A stretch of DNA of 64,000 bases from Mytilus californianus (GCF_021869535.1 NW_026262712.1:115072001-115136000), one strand, 5' to 3'; shown: positions 50,434 to 63,879, numbered from the stretch's first letter. Made by a program: numbers and translations. Notes: a model not told the origin generated them from the letters alone.

Positions 50434-51400
50434 AGAAAAATTGGTACCGTTAATGCTATTAGTCTTTTGCATTTAACAAATAGATACAGTCTGGAGTAAA
50501 ATTTTGTAGAACACCAATTACTTTGTCAAACCTTGTTAAAATTTTATGAAACATTGTCAGCAGCCATTTTTTATGATTGAGAGATATTGTCTGAAGCACA
50601 ATTTAAAAAAAATATACTTTTTCCAGGAAATTACTGATAGATGTACTTTTTGCAGTTAACATTGACTGACAGTTTGGGATTAAATAATTTTTATGATAAA
50701 TTCATAAACCTTCATGGATTGTTATGTAACTTGGACAGATGCTTATATTCAAGATCAAGAAATAGCATCTAAAGATTTTTTTTTTTTATTTCAATTCCGC
50801 ATTTTATTGATAAATGGGCTCACGCGTTTACCCTGAAAGTATCGCTGCAATCGCAATCGTAGGCGACACACAGGGTTCCGCACAACCCTTTACAAATTTC
50901 ATTGTTATTTTTCAGATTGACAGTTTCTAAACTCTTTTTGGTGGAACTTAGTGATGATGTTGTTGTTTGCACTTCGTTTGAAAACTAAAGAAAGGTATTC
51001 AAGATAATATGAATACGTTTGTGCTTGCCGGATTTTTGTTTTTTATACGAATCATTTTATTCGATTTACATTTGTGTATACTATGAAGTTATTCAATAGT
51101 CTCAAGGTTTATACCTTTAATCGTCGTCGCCGTATATTTCGTTGTTTTTTCAAGAGTGTGTGTGTATTGGGACAGCATATGCATAATTAACAAAGTTCTA
51201 TCTTTAATAAGTATTTGATTTGCAGTGTTATTTATATAGTGAACTCTAATGACGTTCCCTCCATGCATTCAGTTCTTGTTCTCCGAGTCTTGGAAACGAA
51301 TTACATGGCTGTCTGTGTATTCTGAAATAAACATTGTATATATCACTGAATCATTGAGGATTATTTGATAACTACTTTATCGTTACAAAATATCGAAGAA

Positions 51401-52029
51401 AAGCATGTCTCATAATTCAAAGCATGTCTCATAATTCAAAGCATGTCTCATAATACAAAGCATGTCTCATAATACAAAGCATGTCTCATAATTCAAAGCA
51501 TGTCTCATAATACAAAGCATGTCTCATAATTCAAAGCATGTCTCATAATACAAAGCATGTCTCATAATTCAAAGCATGTCTCATAATACAAAGCATGTCT
51601 CATAATTCAAAGCATGTCTCATAATTCAAAGCATGTCTCATAATTCAAAGCATGTCTCATAATTCAAAGCATGTCTCATAATACAAAGCATGTCTCATAA
51701 TACAAAGCATGTCTCATAATTCAAAGCATGTCTCATAATTCAAAGCATGTCTCATAATACAAAGCATGTCTCATAATTCAAAGCATGTCTCATAATACAA
51801 AGCATGTCTCATAATTCAAAGCATGTCTCATAATTCAAAGCATGTCTCATAATTCAAAGCATGTCTCATAATACAAAGCATGTCTCATAATACAAAGCAT
51901 GTCTCATAATTCAAAGCATGTCTCATAATTCAAAGCATGTCTCATAATACAAAGCATGTCTCATAATACAAAGCATGTCTCATAATTCAAAGCATGTCTC
52001 ATAATTCAAATCATGTCTCATAATTCAAA
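51401..52029. repeat. 19-bp minisatellite, ~33 units
   Basis: AAAGCATGTCTCATAAT(T/A)C. Confidence 0.97.
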
Positions 52030-52284
52030 GTCTTAAAATATCAAGCAGGAAGTTGAGCATTATGCATTAGTTACTCTTGTAAATTAGTTTAAACTGAAAC
52101 TACAACTTTCATCTAAACTGATTATAAATGCATGGCTGACTGACGAATTATAAATCCTAACGATTTTAACTCCGTGGCAAAGCTAGCCTGATGTGTGATT
52201 TGCTAAATTGGTTGGTCCCGCCATGAAACTCCTCAAGTTTTCAAATATTTAAACATCCGTAACCTTTATTGTTTTGAGGACTGG

Positions 52285-52326
52285 GCGTTCTTGATGAAGA
52301 TAAATCCAGAAACGTGCTTTTGACGC
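52285..52326 (+). ncRNA. Degenerate solo hammerhead-like motif related to the GST-intron family
   Basis: GCGTTC-TTGATGA-AGATAAATCCA-GAAA-CGTGC-TTT-TGACGC; C3>U and a disrupted stem III. Confidence 0.45.
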
Positions 52327-52399
52327 ACTAAATTTCAATTATTTTGTTTTTTGTTGTGTGAGGTCTCGGATTTTAAAATTGGTCTCAATTATCTTTATA

Positions 52400-53935
52400 G
52401 AAACCGTATGCGTCGCAATGCGCCTCTAAAGCAGTATAATTGGTACGTATCTTTGAAGAAACCGTATGTGTCTCAATGCGCCTCTAAAGCAGTATAATTG
52501 GTACCACGTATCTTTGAAGAAACCGTATGTGTCGACATGCGCCTCTAAAGCAGTATAATTGGTACGTATCTTTGAAGAAACCGTATGTGTCTCAATGCGC
52601 CTCTAAAGCAGTATAATTGGTACCACATATCTTTGAAGAAACCGTATGTGTCGACATGTGCCTCTAAAGCAGTAAAATTGGTCTCAAGTATCTAAAGAAA
52701 CCGTATGTGTCGCAATGCGCCTCTTAAGCAGTATAATTGGTACCACGTATCTTTGAAGAAACCGTATGTGTCTCAATGCACCTCTAAAGCAGTATAATTG
52801 GTACCACGTATATTCGAAGAAACAGTATGTGTCGGCATGCGCCTCTAAAGCAGTATAATTGGTACCACGTATCTCTGAAGAAACCGTATGTGTCTCAATG
52901 CGCCTCTAAAGCAGTATAATTGGAACGTATATTTGAAGAAACCGTATGTGTCTCAATGCGCTGCTAAAGCAGTATAATTGGTACGTATCTTTGAAGAAAC
53001 CGTATGTGTCGCAATGCGCCTCTAAAGCAGTATAATTGGTACCACGTATCTTTGAAGAAACCGTATGTGTCTCAATGCGCCTCTAAAGCAGTATAATTGG
53101 TACCAAGTATCTTTGAAGAAACCGTATGTGTCTCAATGCGCCTCTAAAGCAGTATAATTGGTACCACGTATCTTTGATGAAACCGTATGTGTCGACATGT
53201 GCCTCTAAAGCAGTAAAATTGGCCTCAAGTTTCTTTGAAGAAACCGTATGTGTCTCAATGCGCCTCTAAAGCAGTATAATTGGTACGTATCTTTGAAGAA
53301 ACCGTATGTGTCGCAATGCGCCTCTTAAGCAGTATAATTGGTACCATGTATCTTTGAAGAAACCGTATGTGTCTCAATGCGCCTCTAAAGCAGTATAATT
53401 GGTACGTTTCTTTGAAGAAACCGTATGTGTCGCAATGCGCCTCTAAAGCAGTATAATTGGTACCACGTATCTTTGAAGAAACCGTATGTGTCTCAATGCG
53501 CCTCTAAAGCAGTATAATTGGTACGTATCTTTGAAAAAACCGTATGTGTCGCAATGCGCCTCTAAAGCAGTATAATTGGTACCACGTATCTTTGAAGAAA
53601 CCGTATGTGTCGACATGTGCCTCTTAAGCAGTATAATTGGTTCTATGTATCTTTGAAGAAACAGTATGTGTCGACATGTGCCTGTAAAGCAGTATAATTG
53701 GTACGTATTAATATCTTTGAAGAAACCGTATGTTTCGACATGTGCCTCTTAAGCAGTATAATTGGTACCACGTATCTTTGAAGAAACCGTATGTGTCTCA
53801 ATGCGCCTCTAAAGCAGTATAATTGGTACCATGTATCTTTGAAGAAACAGTATGTGTCGACATGTGCCTCTTAAGCAGTATAATTGGTACCACGTATCTT
53901 TGAAGAAACAGTATGTGTCGACATGTGCCTCTAAA
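52400..53935. repeat. 58/61-bp satellite block
   Basis: GAAACCGTATGTGTCTCAATGCGCCTCTAAAGCAGTATAATTGGTAC(CAC)GTATCTTTGAA, about 26 units. Confidence 0.95.
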
Positions 53936-55037
53936 GCAGTATAATTGGTACCACATATCTTTGTAGTATAATTGGTACCACGTATCTTTGTAGTATAATT
54001 GGTACCACATATCTTTGTAGTATAATTGGTACCACATATCTTTGTAGTATAATTGGTACCACGTATCTTTGTAGTATAATTGGTACCACATATTTTTGTA
54101 GTATAATTGGTACCACATATCTTTGCAGTATAATTGGTACCACATATCTTTGTAGTATAATTGGTACCACGTATCTTTGCAGTATAATTGGTACCACGTA
54201 TCTTTGTAGTATAATTTGTACCACATATCTTTGCAGTATAATTGGTACCACATATCTTTGTATGCAGTATAATTGGTACAACATATCTTTGTAGTATAAT
54301 TGGTACCACATATCTTTGTAGTATAATTGGTACCACATATCTTTGCAGTATAATTGGTACCACATATCTTTGTAGTATAATTGGTACCACATATCTTTGT
54401 AGTATAATTGGTACCACATATCTTTGTAGTATAATTGGTACCACGTATCTTTGTAGTATAATTGGTACCACATATCTTTGTAGTATAATTGGTACCACAT
54501 ATCTTTGTATGCAGTATAATTGGTACCACGTATCTTTGTAGTATAATTGGTACCACATATCTTTGTAGTATAATTGGTACCACATATCTTTGTATGCAGT
54601 ATAATTGGTACCACGTATCTTTGTAGTATTATTGGTACCACATATCTTTGTAGTATAATTGGTACCACATATCTTTGTATGCAGTATAATTGGTACCACG
54701 TATCTTTGCAGTATAATTGGTACCACGTATCTTTGTAGTATAATTGGTACCACGTATCTTTGTAGTATAATTGGTACCACATATCTTTGTAGTATAATTG
54801 GTACCACATATCTTTGTATGCAGTATAATTGGTACCACATATCTTTGTAGTATAATTGGTACCACGTATCTTTGTAGTATAATTGGTACCACATATCTTT
54901 GTAGTATAATTGGTACCACGTATCTTTGCAGTATAATTGGTACCACGTATCTTTGTAGTATAATTGGTACCACGTATCTTTGTAGTATAATTGGTACCAC
55001 ATATCTTTGTAGTATAATTGGTACCACGTATCTTTGA
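53936..55037. repeat. 27/31-bp satellite block derived from the 61-mer
   Basis: GTAGTATAATTGGTACCACATATCTTT, with occasional +4-nt (GTATGCAG) variants; about 40 units. Confidence 0.95.
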
Positions 55038-56686
55038 TGAGTTTTTATCTGTTGTTATTTCAATGTTTTACTGCAGATATTTCCGTACTGCTTTGACAAT
55101 TCACCTACGACCAATTAACATCAGTAAGTCTATTTTCAAAATGTTCAGTGTTTATTATTTACCAATGCAAAACAATATAAACTAAACTCTAAAAAGATCT
55201 GGATTGACTAACAGAAAAACCATGAATAACAACATTCACAGAAACGGATACCATATTACATATTTATGAATAATACGTAAAAATTATTCAGATAATGTAA
55301 GCAACTAAATGACCGCTATATTTCAAGGCAAATAATTCACTTAAAAGATTCTTTTAACACGAATATATTAAGGAAGGTTTTAAAAAAGTACAAAAAAAAC
55401 TTTTCCACAACAAAACATTATACAGAAGGAGATTAAGTAATTCAAAAAGTTATTATAATGATTATATACACATAAGACTAAATAGAGATCATGAGTAAAC
55501 GCCAATCCGAAAAAAAAAATGCATTGCCATCACAAATATCTAGTGGTCATTAATAATAAAAGACCTGAGCCTACACCGTACATTGAACTGTAGCGCCTTC
55601 ACCATACACTAAGCTGTAGCCCTTCACCGTACACTAAACTGTAGATATCCCCATGTCAAGATAAATTGTTAATACTATCATACCTTTCTTTACACCTAAA
55701 AATATATTTTAATATAATTAATGACAAGCACAAAAGAATTGAAGTAAGTACAAATATAAATTAATTCTGCAATAAGCTATAGAAAGATATCTTAAACAAT
55801 TACACAACACTCTACGTATATTCAATGCAATAAGCACGTTATAGAAAAATAAAACAACTCTATGAAAGTATATTTATTTCTTTAAAAAGACAGAAGGAAA
55901 CTGCAAAATTTGACAGATGAGTAAAAAACTAATGAGAGGTAGCTATTTTAAAGTCACAGTTGAAAATGCCCATGGAATAAGTATCGTCCATCTTCATTTA
56001 AGCAATTCATGGACTTCACAGTTTAGAAAAGAATCATAGTGAGATTCAACAGTTTAATAGGTCTCCGGTTTTAGCATTGTCCCAGATCACTACAAACCAA
56101 TGAGCAGTATTTGTACTCGACTGTACTGATTCGTACTCAACCATTCTGAATTAATAAGTATGAATTTTACTGGAAATTACTTGACCCCTATCTTATCTTA
56201 AAGATACTCGACTGTACTTATTTGTACTCGACCCTAATCTGGACCATGATTAAAAGCCTGATCTAGTACTCAATCAATAAATCATTCTCAACTTTGCATT
56301 ACCCGTTTATAACCTGTTTTCAATGTCTGAACCATACTTGAGTAAATGTCTGAACTGTACTCCACCAATTCTAAATCATACTTGACCAATTTATTTCTAA
56401 TTAGTTCATCTTGATTTTGTGATTTTCTATGATTTCAAACTAAACAATACTTCTCTCTGGTTTCCTATAAGTTTTGAACAAATTGCAATTTAGACTTGCA
56501 TTGATTATCTTGATGATGAATAAAAAAAATGTATTATACACAAATAATTTAATTTTGGACGTAACACGTCTGGCTGAAAGTTTTTTGTCTTTCACCTCAT
56601 AGACATAATTTTGTCATATGACCGTGACGTCATCAACATTTTTTCATGATTTACTCCTTAAAAATGGAATTTAGAATTAAATCATA

Positions 56687-56809
56687 AGGAATGACTGTAA
56701 TATTTTTCTGTCTATTCGAAATAAACTCAAAAATGTCGTGCACACTTTTAAATAACCCGCTACGCTATTGTATTTCTTCGTAGACAGAAAAAATATTACA
56801 GTCATTCCT
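56687..56809. mobile_element. Short foldback/MITE-like element
   Basis: AGGAATGACTGTAATATTTTTCTGTCTA and TAGACAGAAAAAATATTACAGTCATTCCT form ~28-bp inverted arms. Confidence 0.6.
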
Positions 56810-57121
56810 CAATTACATTTAGAACTAAATTGTATATGATGTCTCTATATAAATACAAGCATATATCGCTGTGAGATTAAGAAATAATTTACGATTGACC
56901 TTCTTGGAAGGCATGCTTCGAATGATTGCGAAAACAGTAATAGGCATGTCATACATCTTTTTTTTTTAAATACTTCCATGTAGATTAAAGTTTCAGTTGG
57001 ATAGACAACCGCGGAATTGAAATATAACTACAGTTTGCGACCGAGTGTCATTACTCAAAAATGAAAGTTGTGTTATATCAAGGTATACAGGTAATTTTTC
57101 TTCAGAGACATGTGCTTGTGT

Positions 57122-58350
57122 CTGGAAGTTGTGAATTCAATACCGTGAACAGATACATCTACCTACCCTGGAAGTTGTGAATTCAATACAGTGAACAGAT
57201 GACCTACTTATCCTGGAAGTTGTGAATTCAATACCGTGAACAGATGACCTACTTACCCTGGAAGTTGTGACTTTAATACCATGTACAGATACACCTAACT
57301 AGCTGGAATTTGTGAATTCAATACCATGTACAGATACACCTACTCTTCTTTTTTGAAATAGTTATTTGTTTTTATAGTGATTAAGATTATAACACAATGT
57401 TGACTGCTGTACCCTAATTTTTGACATTTTTACCTATTATGTCAGTTTGCTTTGCTCACACATTTTTGTTAGTATAATGGAATTCTATATGACTGTCATA
57501 CAAGTGAGAGCTTTATCTAGCTATAAAACCAGGTTTTATCCACCATTTTGTACTTAAGGAAATGCCTGCACCAAGTCAGGAATATGACAGTTGTTTTCCA
57601 TTCGTTTGATGTGTTTGAGTTTTTGATTTTGTCATTTGATAAGGGACTTTCCGTTTTGAATTTTCCATGGAGCTCGGTATTTTTGTTATTTTACTATTTC
57701 CCGTTGAAGTTGTGAACTCAATATCGTGTACAGATACAACTACTTACTTTGGAAGTAGTGAATTTAATATCGTGTACAGATACACCTACTTACCGTTGAA
57801 GTTGCGAATTCAGCACTATGTATATATATACACCTTTTTGTTCTAGAAGTTTCGAATTCAATATCAAGTACAGATGAACCTACTCACCCTGGAATTTGTG
57901 AATTTAATACCATGTACAGATAAACCTACTTACCCTGAAAGTTGTGAATTAAATGTCATGTACAGATAAACTCGCTTACCATGGAAGTTGTGAATTAACT
58001 GTCATGTACAGATAAACCTGCTTACCTTGGAAGTTGTGAATTAAATGTCATGTACATATAAACCTACTTACCATGGAAGTCGTTATTTAAATACCGTGTA
58101 CAGATAAACAGACTTAACCCTGAAGTTGTGAATTTAATACCATGTAGAGATTTACATAATTACCATAAAAGTTGTGAATTCAATACCCTGTGCAAATAAT
58201 CTACTTACCGTGGAGGTCGTAAATTAAATACCATGTACAGATAAACCTACCTACTCTAGAAGTTGTGAATTAAATACCATGTAAAAACCTCAGACTTACC
58301 CTGGAAGTCGTACATTAAAACAATGTACAGATTAAATAGACTTACCCTGG
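57122..58350. repeat. Diverged 46-bp minisatellite interrupted by an interspersed repeat (57345-57699)
   Basis: GGAAGTTGTGAATTCAATACCATGTACAGATACACCTACTTACCCT-like units on both sides of the insertion. Confidence 0.88.
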
Positions 58351-58760
58351 AAGTGGTGAAACAAAAGCTTTTGGTTGCACGGAATGTATGTCAGTGTTTC
58401 GACATAACAAAGAAGACAATGACTGCTGTTTGATTATATTTAACTGTTCTGTAAAAGTCAGATAAACACGCAATTAATGAAGACAAAAATATGCATGCTA
58501 GACATTTTTAACACAAACAAAAAAAGAAATTACACATAGACAATGCGAATGCTGCGGAAAAAAACAAGATGTGAGTATACTTGATAGCATGTTGGATTTT
58601 TTTCTCTCACTATCTTAAAGGTAACATTCGCTCACATTTTAAATATGTTTTTTTTTTTGTTATGATAGGAATACTTGGCTTTGCCTTGCCCGAAATATTT
58701 TTTTTCTCGTTTTTAACAAAAGATATGTGGATATTTCTGTCCGTTTTTACTTTACAATTG

Positions 58761-59717
58761 AGACAACAGTAGTTTACTAATGGTCGTATAGACAGCAGTA
58801 GTTTACTAATGGTCGTATAGACAGCAGTAGTTTACTAATGGTCGTATAGACAGCAGTAGTTTACTAATGGTCGTATAGACAACAGTAGTTTACTAATGGT
58901 CGTATAGACAACAGTAGTTTACTAATGGTCGTATAGACAACAGTAGTTTACTAATGGTCGTATAGACAACAGTAGTTTACTAATGGTCGTATAGACAGCA
59001 GTAGTTTACTAATGGTCGTATAGACAACAGTAGTTTACTAATGGTCGTATAGACAACAGTAGTTTACTAATGGTCGTATAGACAACAGTAGTTTACTAAT
59101 GGTCGTATAGACAGCAGTAGTTTACTAATGGTCGTATAGACAACAGTAGTTTACTAATGGTCGTATAGACAGCAGTAGTTTACTAATGGTCGTATAGACA
59201 GCAGTAGTTTACTAATGGTCGTATAGACAGCAGTAGTTTACTAATGGTCGTATAGACAGCAGTAGTTTACTAATGGTCGTATAGACAGCAGTAGTTTACT
59301 AATGGTCGTATAGACAGCAGTAGTTTACTAATGGTCGTATAGACAACAGTAGTTTACTAATGGTCGTATAGACAACAGTAGTTTACTAATGGTCGTATAG
59401 ACAGCAGTAGTTTACTAATGGTCGTATAGACAGCAGTAGTTTACTAATGGTCGTATAGACAGCAGTAGTTTACTAATGGTCGTATAGACAGCAGTAGTTT
59501 ACTAATGGTCGTATAGACAGCAGTAGTTTACTAATGGTCGTATAGACAGCAGTAGTTTACTAATGGTCGTATAGACAGCAGTAGTTTACTAATGGTCGTA
59601 TAGACAGCAGTAGTTTACTAATGGTCGTATAGACAGCAGTAGTTTACTAATGGTCGTATAGACAGCAGTAGTTTACTAATGGTCGTATAGACAACAGTAG
59701 TTTACTAATGGTCGTAT
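58761..59717. repeat. 29-bp minisatellite, 33 units
   Basis: AGACA(A/G)CAGTAGTTTACTAATGGTCGTAT. Confidence 0.97.
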
Positions 59718-61282
59718 CTCATAATCCATGAAGAAGATACAAATCAAGGAATCAAAAAATAAAAACATTAAGATTCGTATAAATTCCAAAATATGCGAGA
59801 CCGGGCGTCGTCAGGTGAAGCATGTCCTGCTATAATAGAACAGAAAGGCTATAAGGTATCCATCCGTCACAAAAAAAAATCAGTACAAAGCAAAATACAC
59901 AAAAAAGCAAAGGAACATCGCTTCTATTGTTGTTCTTCATCTTAAAGTCACAGTAAGGCCTTCAACACAGAGCAAAAACTCTCACTTTAAGACGCCCCTA
60001 GCACCGGGTCTCTTTCCATGCATGTATCACCTCCCACACGAATCCACACTTATTCGAAACATCATAATTGGGAATATTACACAATAGGTACATTTATTTT
60101 ACATATGTTTAATCAGCAATTCTAGTATCTAACGATCTAAGACCTCAAAAGCATGTCGTAAGTGAGTTGAGACACAGACAAATCGTATCAGTCAACAAAT
60201 TTAGGATGTGACCGTAAAATATATGTAGTGTCGATTTGAAAGATAATTATGTAACAGTAACCTTTTTGATATTTTTGACAACATTAAAAAAACTGACTGT
60301 CAATAGTGAATAATCATTCAACATTTTATTTGCTAATGTTTGAAAATAGATGAACCATGTTTTTTTTAAATTATGCTTACAAAACCGTAGCTAATGCCCC
60401 ATTAAACTGAATATCTTGATGTTTAAAAAATGTGTAATTCTTTTTTTGTTCTCGTCGATTGTGGATGTCGCTTTTTACTGTTTCGGAGTCATAACCATTT
60501 TGGGAGGGGGTGATGATACATCAATAAGCGGAGTCTACATTAATTGAATGTTATTTACCTTAAAATTCAGGTCCAGTTTAAGTCTGTTTTTGGCTATATC
60601 ACGGGCCAGGTCATTTATTGGTGGAGGAAGATGGAGTGCCTTGATATTTACATGTTGAGTTGATGGTGCTCAATGTTAAGATTTTATTTTGGTTTTTCAT
60701 GGTGTTGTCTATTTGTTGATTTTTGATTTTTTTTTCGACATACGGTTTTCTATTGTCCTTGGTATCTTTTCCCTATTGTTTGATCAAGTGAGACAAACTT
60801 TTTCAAGCAGAGTCGACCAAAGAAGGTTTGTGTTTTTATGTCTTATTTAATTCATGTCATGAGCATGGAAATATGTATCATGTTTTTTTGTCAGTACCAC
60901 TGTGTGTGATCAATCAGTATTGCTTTCATACAAGAAAGTCTCCTTAAATGCAAAATAACAGTATTTACAAATGCATTATCTTTACTTACCAATAGTAAAT
61001 CCGGTATGCGGAAATTCATTTTCATAGTAAAATCTGTCACCTATTTTGTACATTAAGAACTGTAAGCCTATAAGACAACCAAATGTTGGTCCGACTAATG
61101 AACCTTTTAGGCGAGTTTCCGACAGTCCCCCAGAATATAAATCAATGTCATCAGGATGTCTGTATAAGAAGAAAACATCTTAAACGCTGGTTCTTGTCAT
61201 GTAAAATTACTCAATTAGATGACATATATATATAAAGATCGTTGGCTAATATCTAGACGTTATATATATATATATATATATA

Positions 61283-63830
61283 TTCCTAACAATGTAATTT
61301 TAACACTCTATTTAGTATGTAAATATTAAAATGTTAAAAATATTTATAATGCAATAAAAAATAAACGCAATATTTCGCTAGACTAACTAGCTTCATCGAG
61401 CGTGCAACTATCTAGGTGAAATCGGATGCAGATAAGAAACTTTTGCAGCTCATTATACACGAAATTTGCTGCCTTGTAAATAATTCAAAGTTTTTCAGTA
61501 AGCCCATCCGGTTCTAAAGTATTGAGCTGGTGAATCCAAAAGTTTTCTCTTCGCCATGGTGTCCCACTCAGTGTTCACTTCTTTCATTTGGAAAGTAACA
61601 TTATCAAAAGGATGTTTTTTTTTAGCGAAGATGTCTTGTTAGATGACAGTTCTTGTCGGTTTTGTACCATGATCGATGGTTATTTAGCCGAATATTAATT
61701 TTGTCCATTGTTTCTTCCACGTACTGAATGCCACCGGTGTTACATGTTAATACATAAATTGAGTTCTCCGTTTAACAGTTGGAATTTGTGTAGATGGTAT
61801 AACTTTGTTTTGAAAAGGAGCTTATGGAAGAACTGCTAGTATTGGCAGCTTTACAACATAAGCAATTCCTTCTCCCACATGGTTTGTAGCAACCGGGAGT
61901 TGTAGTAGGTTGCTTTGTTAATACAGCTGTCACAAATTTGTCACGGATGTTTTTAAGCCTTCTGAAGGCCATGACTGGTAGTCAGGATAATACTTTTTTT
62001 TCAAATTTGAGTCATTCTGTATAATTTTCGAACAATCGATGACACATTTTTAAAATCAGAATGGTAAGTGAGTACAAAAGGTGTTCTGTTGACTCCTTTA
62101 TTCTCATCCTTTTACATGAATTTTATTGCCCGATAAAGAATTCAAAGTTTGGATGAAATTCAAGATTATTTATTTAATTACAAAATTTGTGGTTGAAGTT
62201 AGCAACATCCATTGGCCAATATTACAGAGATATAAAGGACGATGATGTATAATTAATTATTCTTTATCTTTCCTGTATCTTTCCTCGTCTTTTTCATTAA
62301 GCCCATCAGGTTCTAAAGTATGGAGCTGGTTGATCCAAAAGTTTTCTCTTTTCCTTCTCGCCGTGGTGTCCCACTCAGTGTTCACTTCTATATTGGAAAG
62401 TTACATTATCAAAAGGATTTTGTACCATGATAGATGGTTATTTAGCCGAATATTAAATTTCTCCATTGTTTCTCCCACGTACTGAATGCCACATGTGTTA
62501 CATGTTAATACATAAATTGAGTTCTCCGTTTTACTGATGGAATTTGTGTAGATGGTATAACTTTGTTTTGTAAAGGGGCTGATGAAAGAACTGCTAGTAT
62601 TGGCAGTTTTACAACATAAGCAATTCCTTCTTCCACATTGGAAGGTGGAGTAGGTTGCTTTGTTAATACAGCTGTCACTAATTTGTCACGGATGTTTTTT
62701 GGTCTTCTGAAGGCCATGACTGGTAGTGAGGAAAATACTTTTTTCAAATTGGAGTCATTTTCTATAATTTTCCAATGCTTTTGAACAATGGATGACACAT
62801 CTTTAAAATCAGGATGGTAAGTGAGTACAAAAGGTGTTCTGTTGACTCCTTTATTCTTATCCTTGTACTCCAGAAGTTCTTGGTGGCTAGTTCTGTTTGC
62901 TTTTTTGAAAGCTGTATCAATGCTGTTGTTATTGTATCCTATAAAAACTAGATGTGTACGTAGTAGTCAAAGTCTAGCATTTTGCTTATTTTCAGTTGAG
63001 CATATTCTCTTGATTCGCAATGCCCGACTGAAAGGGATACTGCTAGGATGGGAACTTTTAGGATAGAGAAATTGATGTTTGTCTGTTTTCTTCGTATGGA
63101 GATCCGTTATAATGGTTCCGTTCTGGATGTAACTCGTAGTATCAAGGAAGTTTTTTTTCTCCATTGATGTTTCGTGTGAAAATTTAATTGAATGGTGGAA
63201 AGAGTTACAGTGTTCTAGAAATTCATTCAGATGGTCTAGTGCCGTTTATCTGTAGATAGTGTTTGTCATTGAAAGAGAAGTTGTTGTTCTCCAGCACTAG
63301 TTTCAGAAGTGTAACAAGGCACTCAGTTTGTTTGTCACTACGATTGTTCCATACCTCTTCACACGCTGCTATTCCTTCGTCTTGTGGAATATTGGTTTAT
63401 AAAGAAGACACGTTCATGGATGCGAGTATAGTATTGTTTGGAAAAGGATTAAGGCTTTCCATTTTCTTTAAATAATCAGTCGTATCCTGAATGTAAGAGG
63501 GGAATTCTTTAACATGAGGTCTTTAAAAGTGATGATCTACAAATCCAGATATCTTTTCAGTTGGGTTATTATTTGCTGACACAATAGGCCTACCTGGATT
63601 GCCAGTTTTGTGTAATTTAGGCAACATATAGAATCTTCGAGCCTTGGCCTCGTTCGCAAGAGGTCGAAGATAATCAAAGGTGTCATTATCGATATGCTTT
63701 TGGTCGTACATCTCTTGAAGGGTGCTGTTAATCTTTCGAATGGTATTTTGTGTTGGATCTTTGGTTAGTTGCTTGTAAAAATTGGAGTTTGACAGTTGAC
63801 GATTCCCCTCTTCTATGTTATTATAGGCAC
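61283..63830 (-). mobile_element. 5'-truncated Penelope-like element (RT + C-terminal GIY-YIG, Neptune-like) with duplicated 3' end
   Basis: FYMLPKLHKTGNPGRPIVS, HYLQING, SIKFSHE..NFLD, HP..IPFSRALRIKRICS, PVMAFRRPKNIRDKLV, PCGRRNCLCC, NSIYVLTC..QYVGET. The endonuclease region occurs twice (~62290-62850 and ~61490-62100). Flanked by (TA)n. Confidence 0.85.
61365..61403 (-). ncRNA. Variant hammerhead-like motif at the 3' end of the Penelope element
   Basis: ACGC-TCGATGA-A-GCTAG(TTAGT)CTAGC-GAAA-TA-TT-GCGT; stems pair but the core reads UCGAUGA. Confidence 0.45.
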
Positions 63831-63879
63831 TTATATATATATATATATTTATATATATATTCATAATTACTCTAAATAT

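Larger units (their letters stand above)
50036..50461 (+). mobile_element. Retrozyme-like element: 346-nt monomer bounded by two hammerhead-containing ~80-bp direct repeats
   Basis: Direct repeats start at 50036 and 50382; predicted cleavage after 50081 and 50427. Confidence 0.85.
49878..50890 (+). mobile_element. Second HINE-like element, carrying a nested retrozyme
   Basis: Begins TGTCGAGCCTGCGAC like 27651; GGCGTCGTCGTC tract; GGCGACAC and a hairpin near the 3' end. Boundaries approximate. Confidence 0.45.

Noticed and set aside
53798-55037. Long repetitive ORFs (up to 397 aa) on both strands
   Set aside because: Artefacts of a 27-bp (multiple-of-three) satellite lacking stops; frames swap at each 31-bp variant.
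51401-59717. Regular short repeats as CRISPR arrays
   Set aside because: Head-to-tail repeats with no unique spacers, no cas genes and a eukaryotic context.
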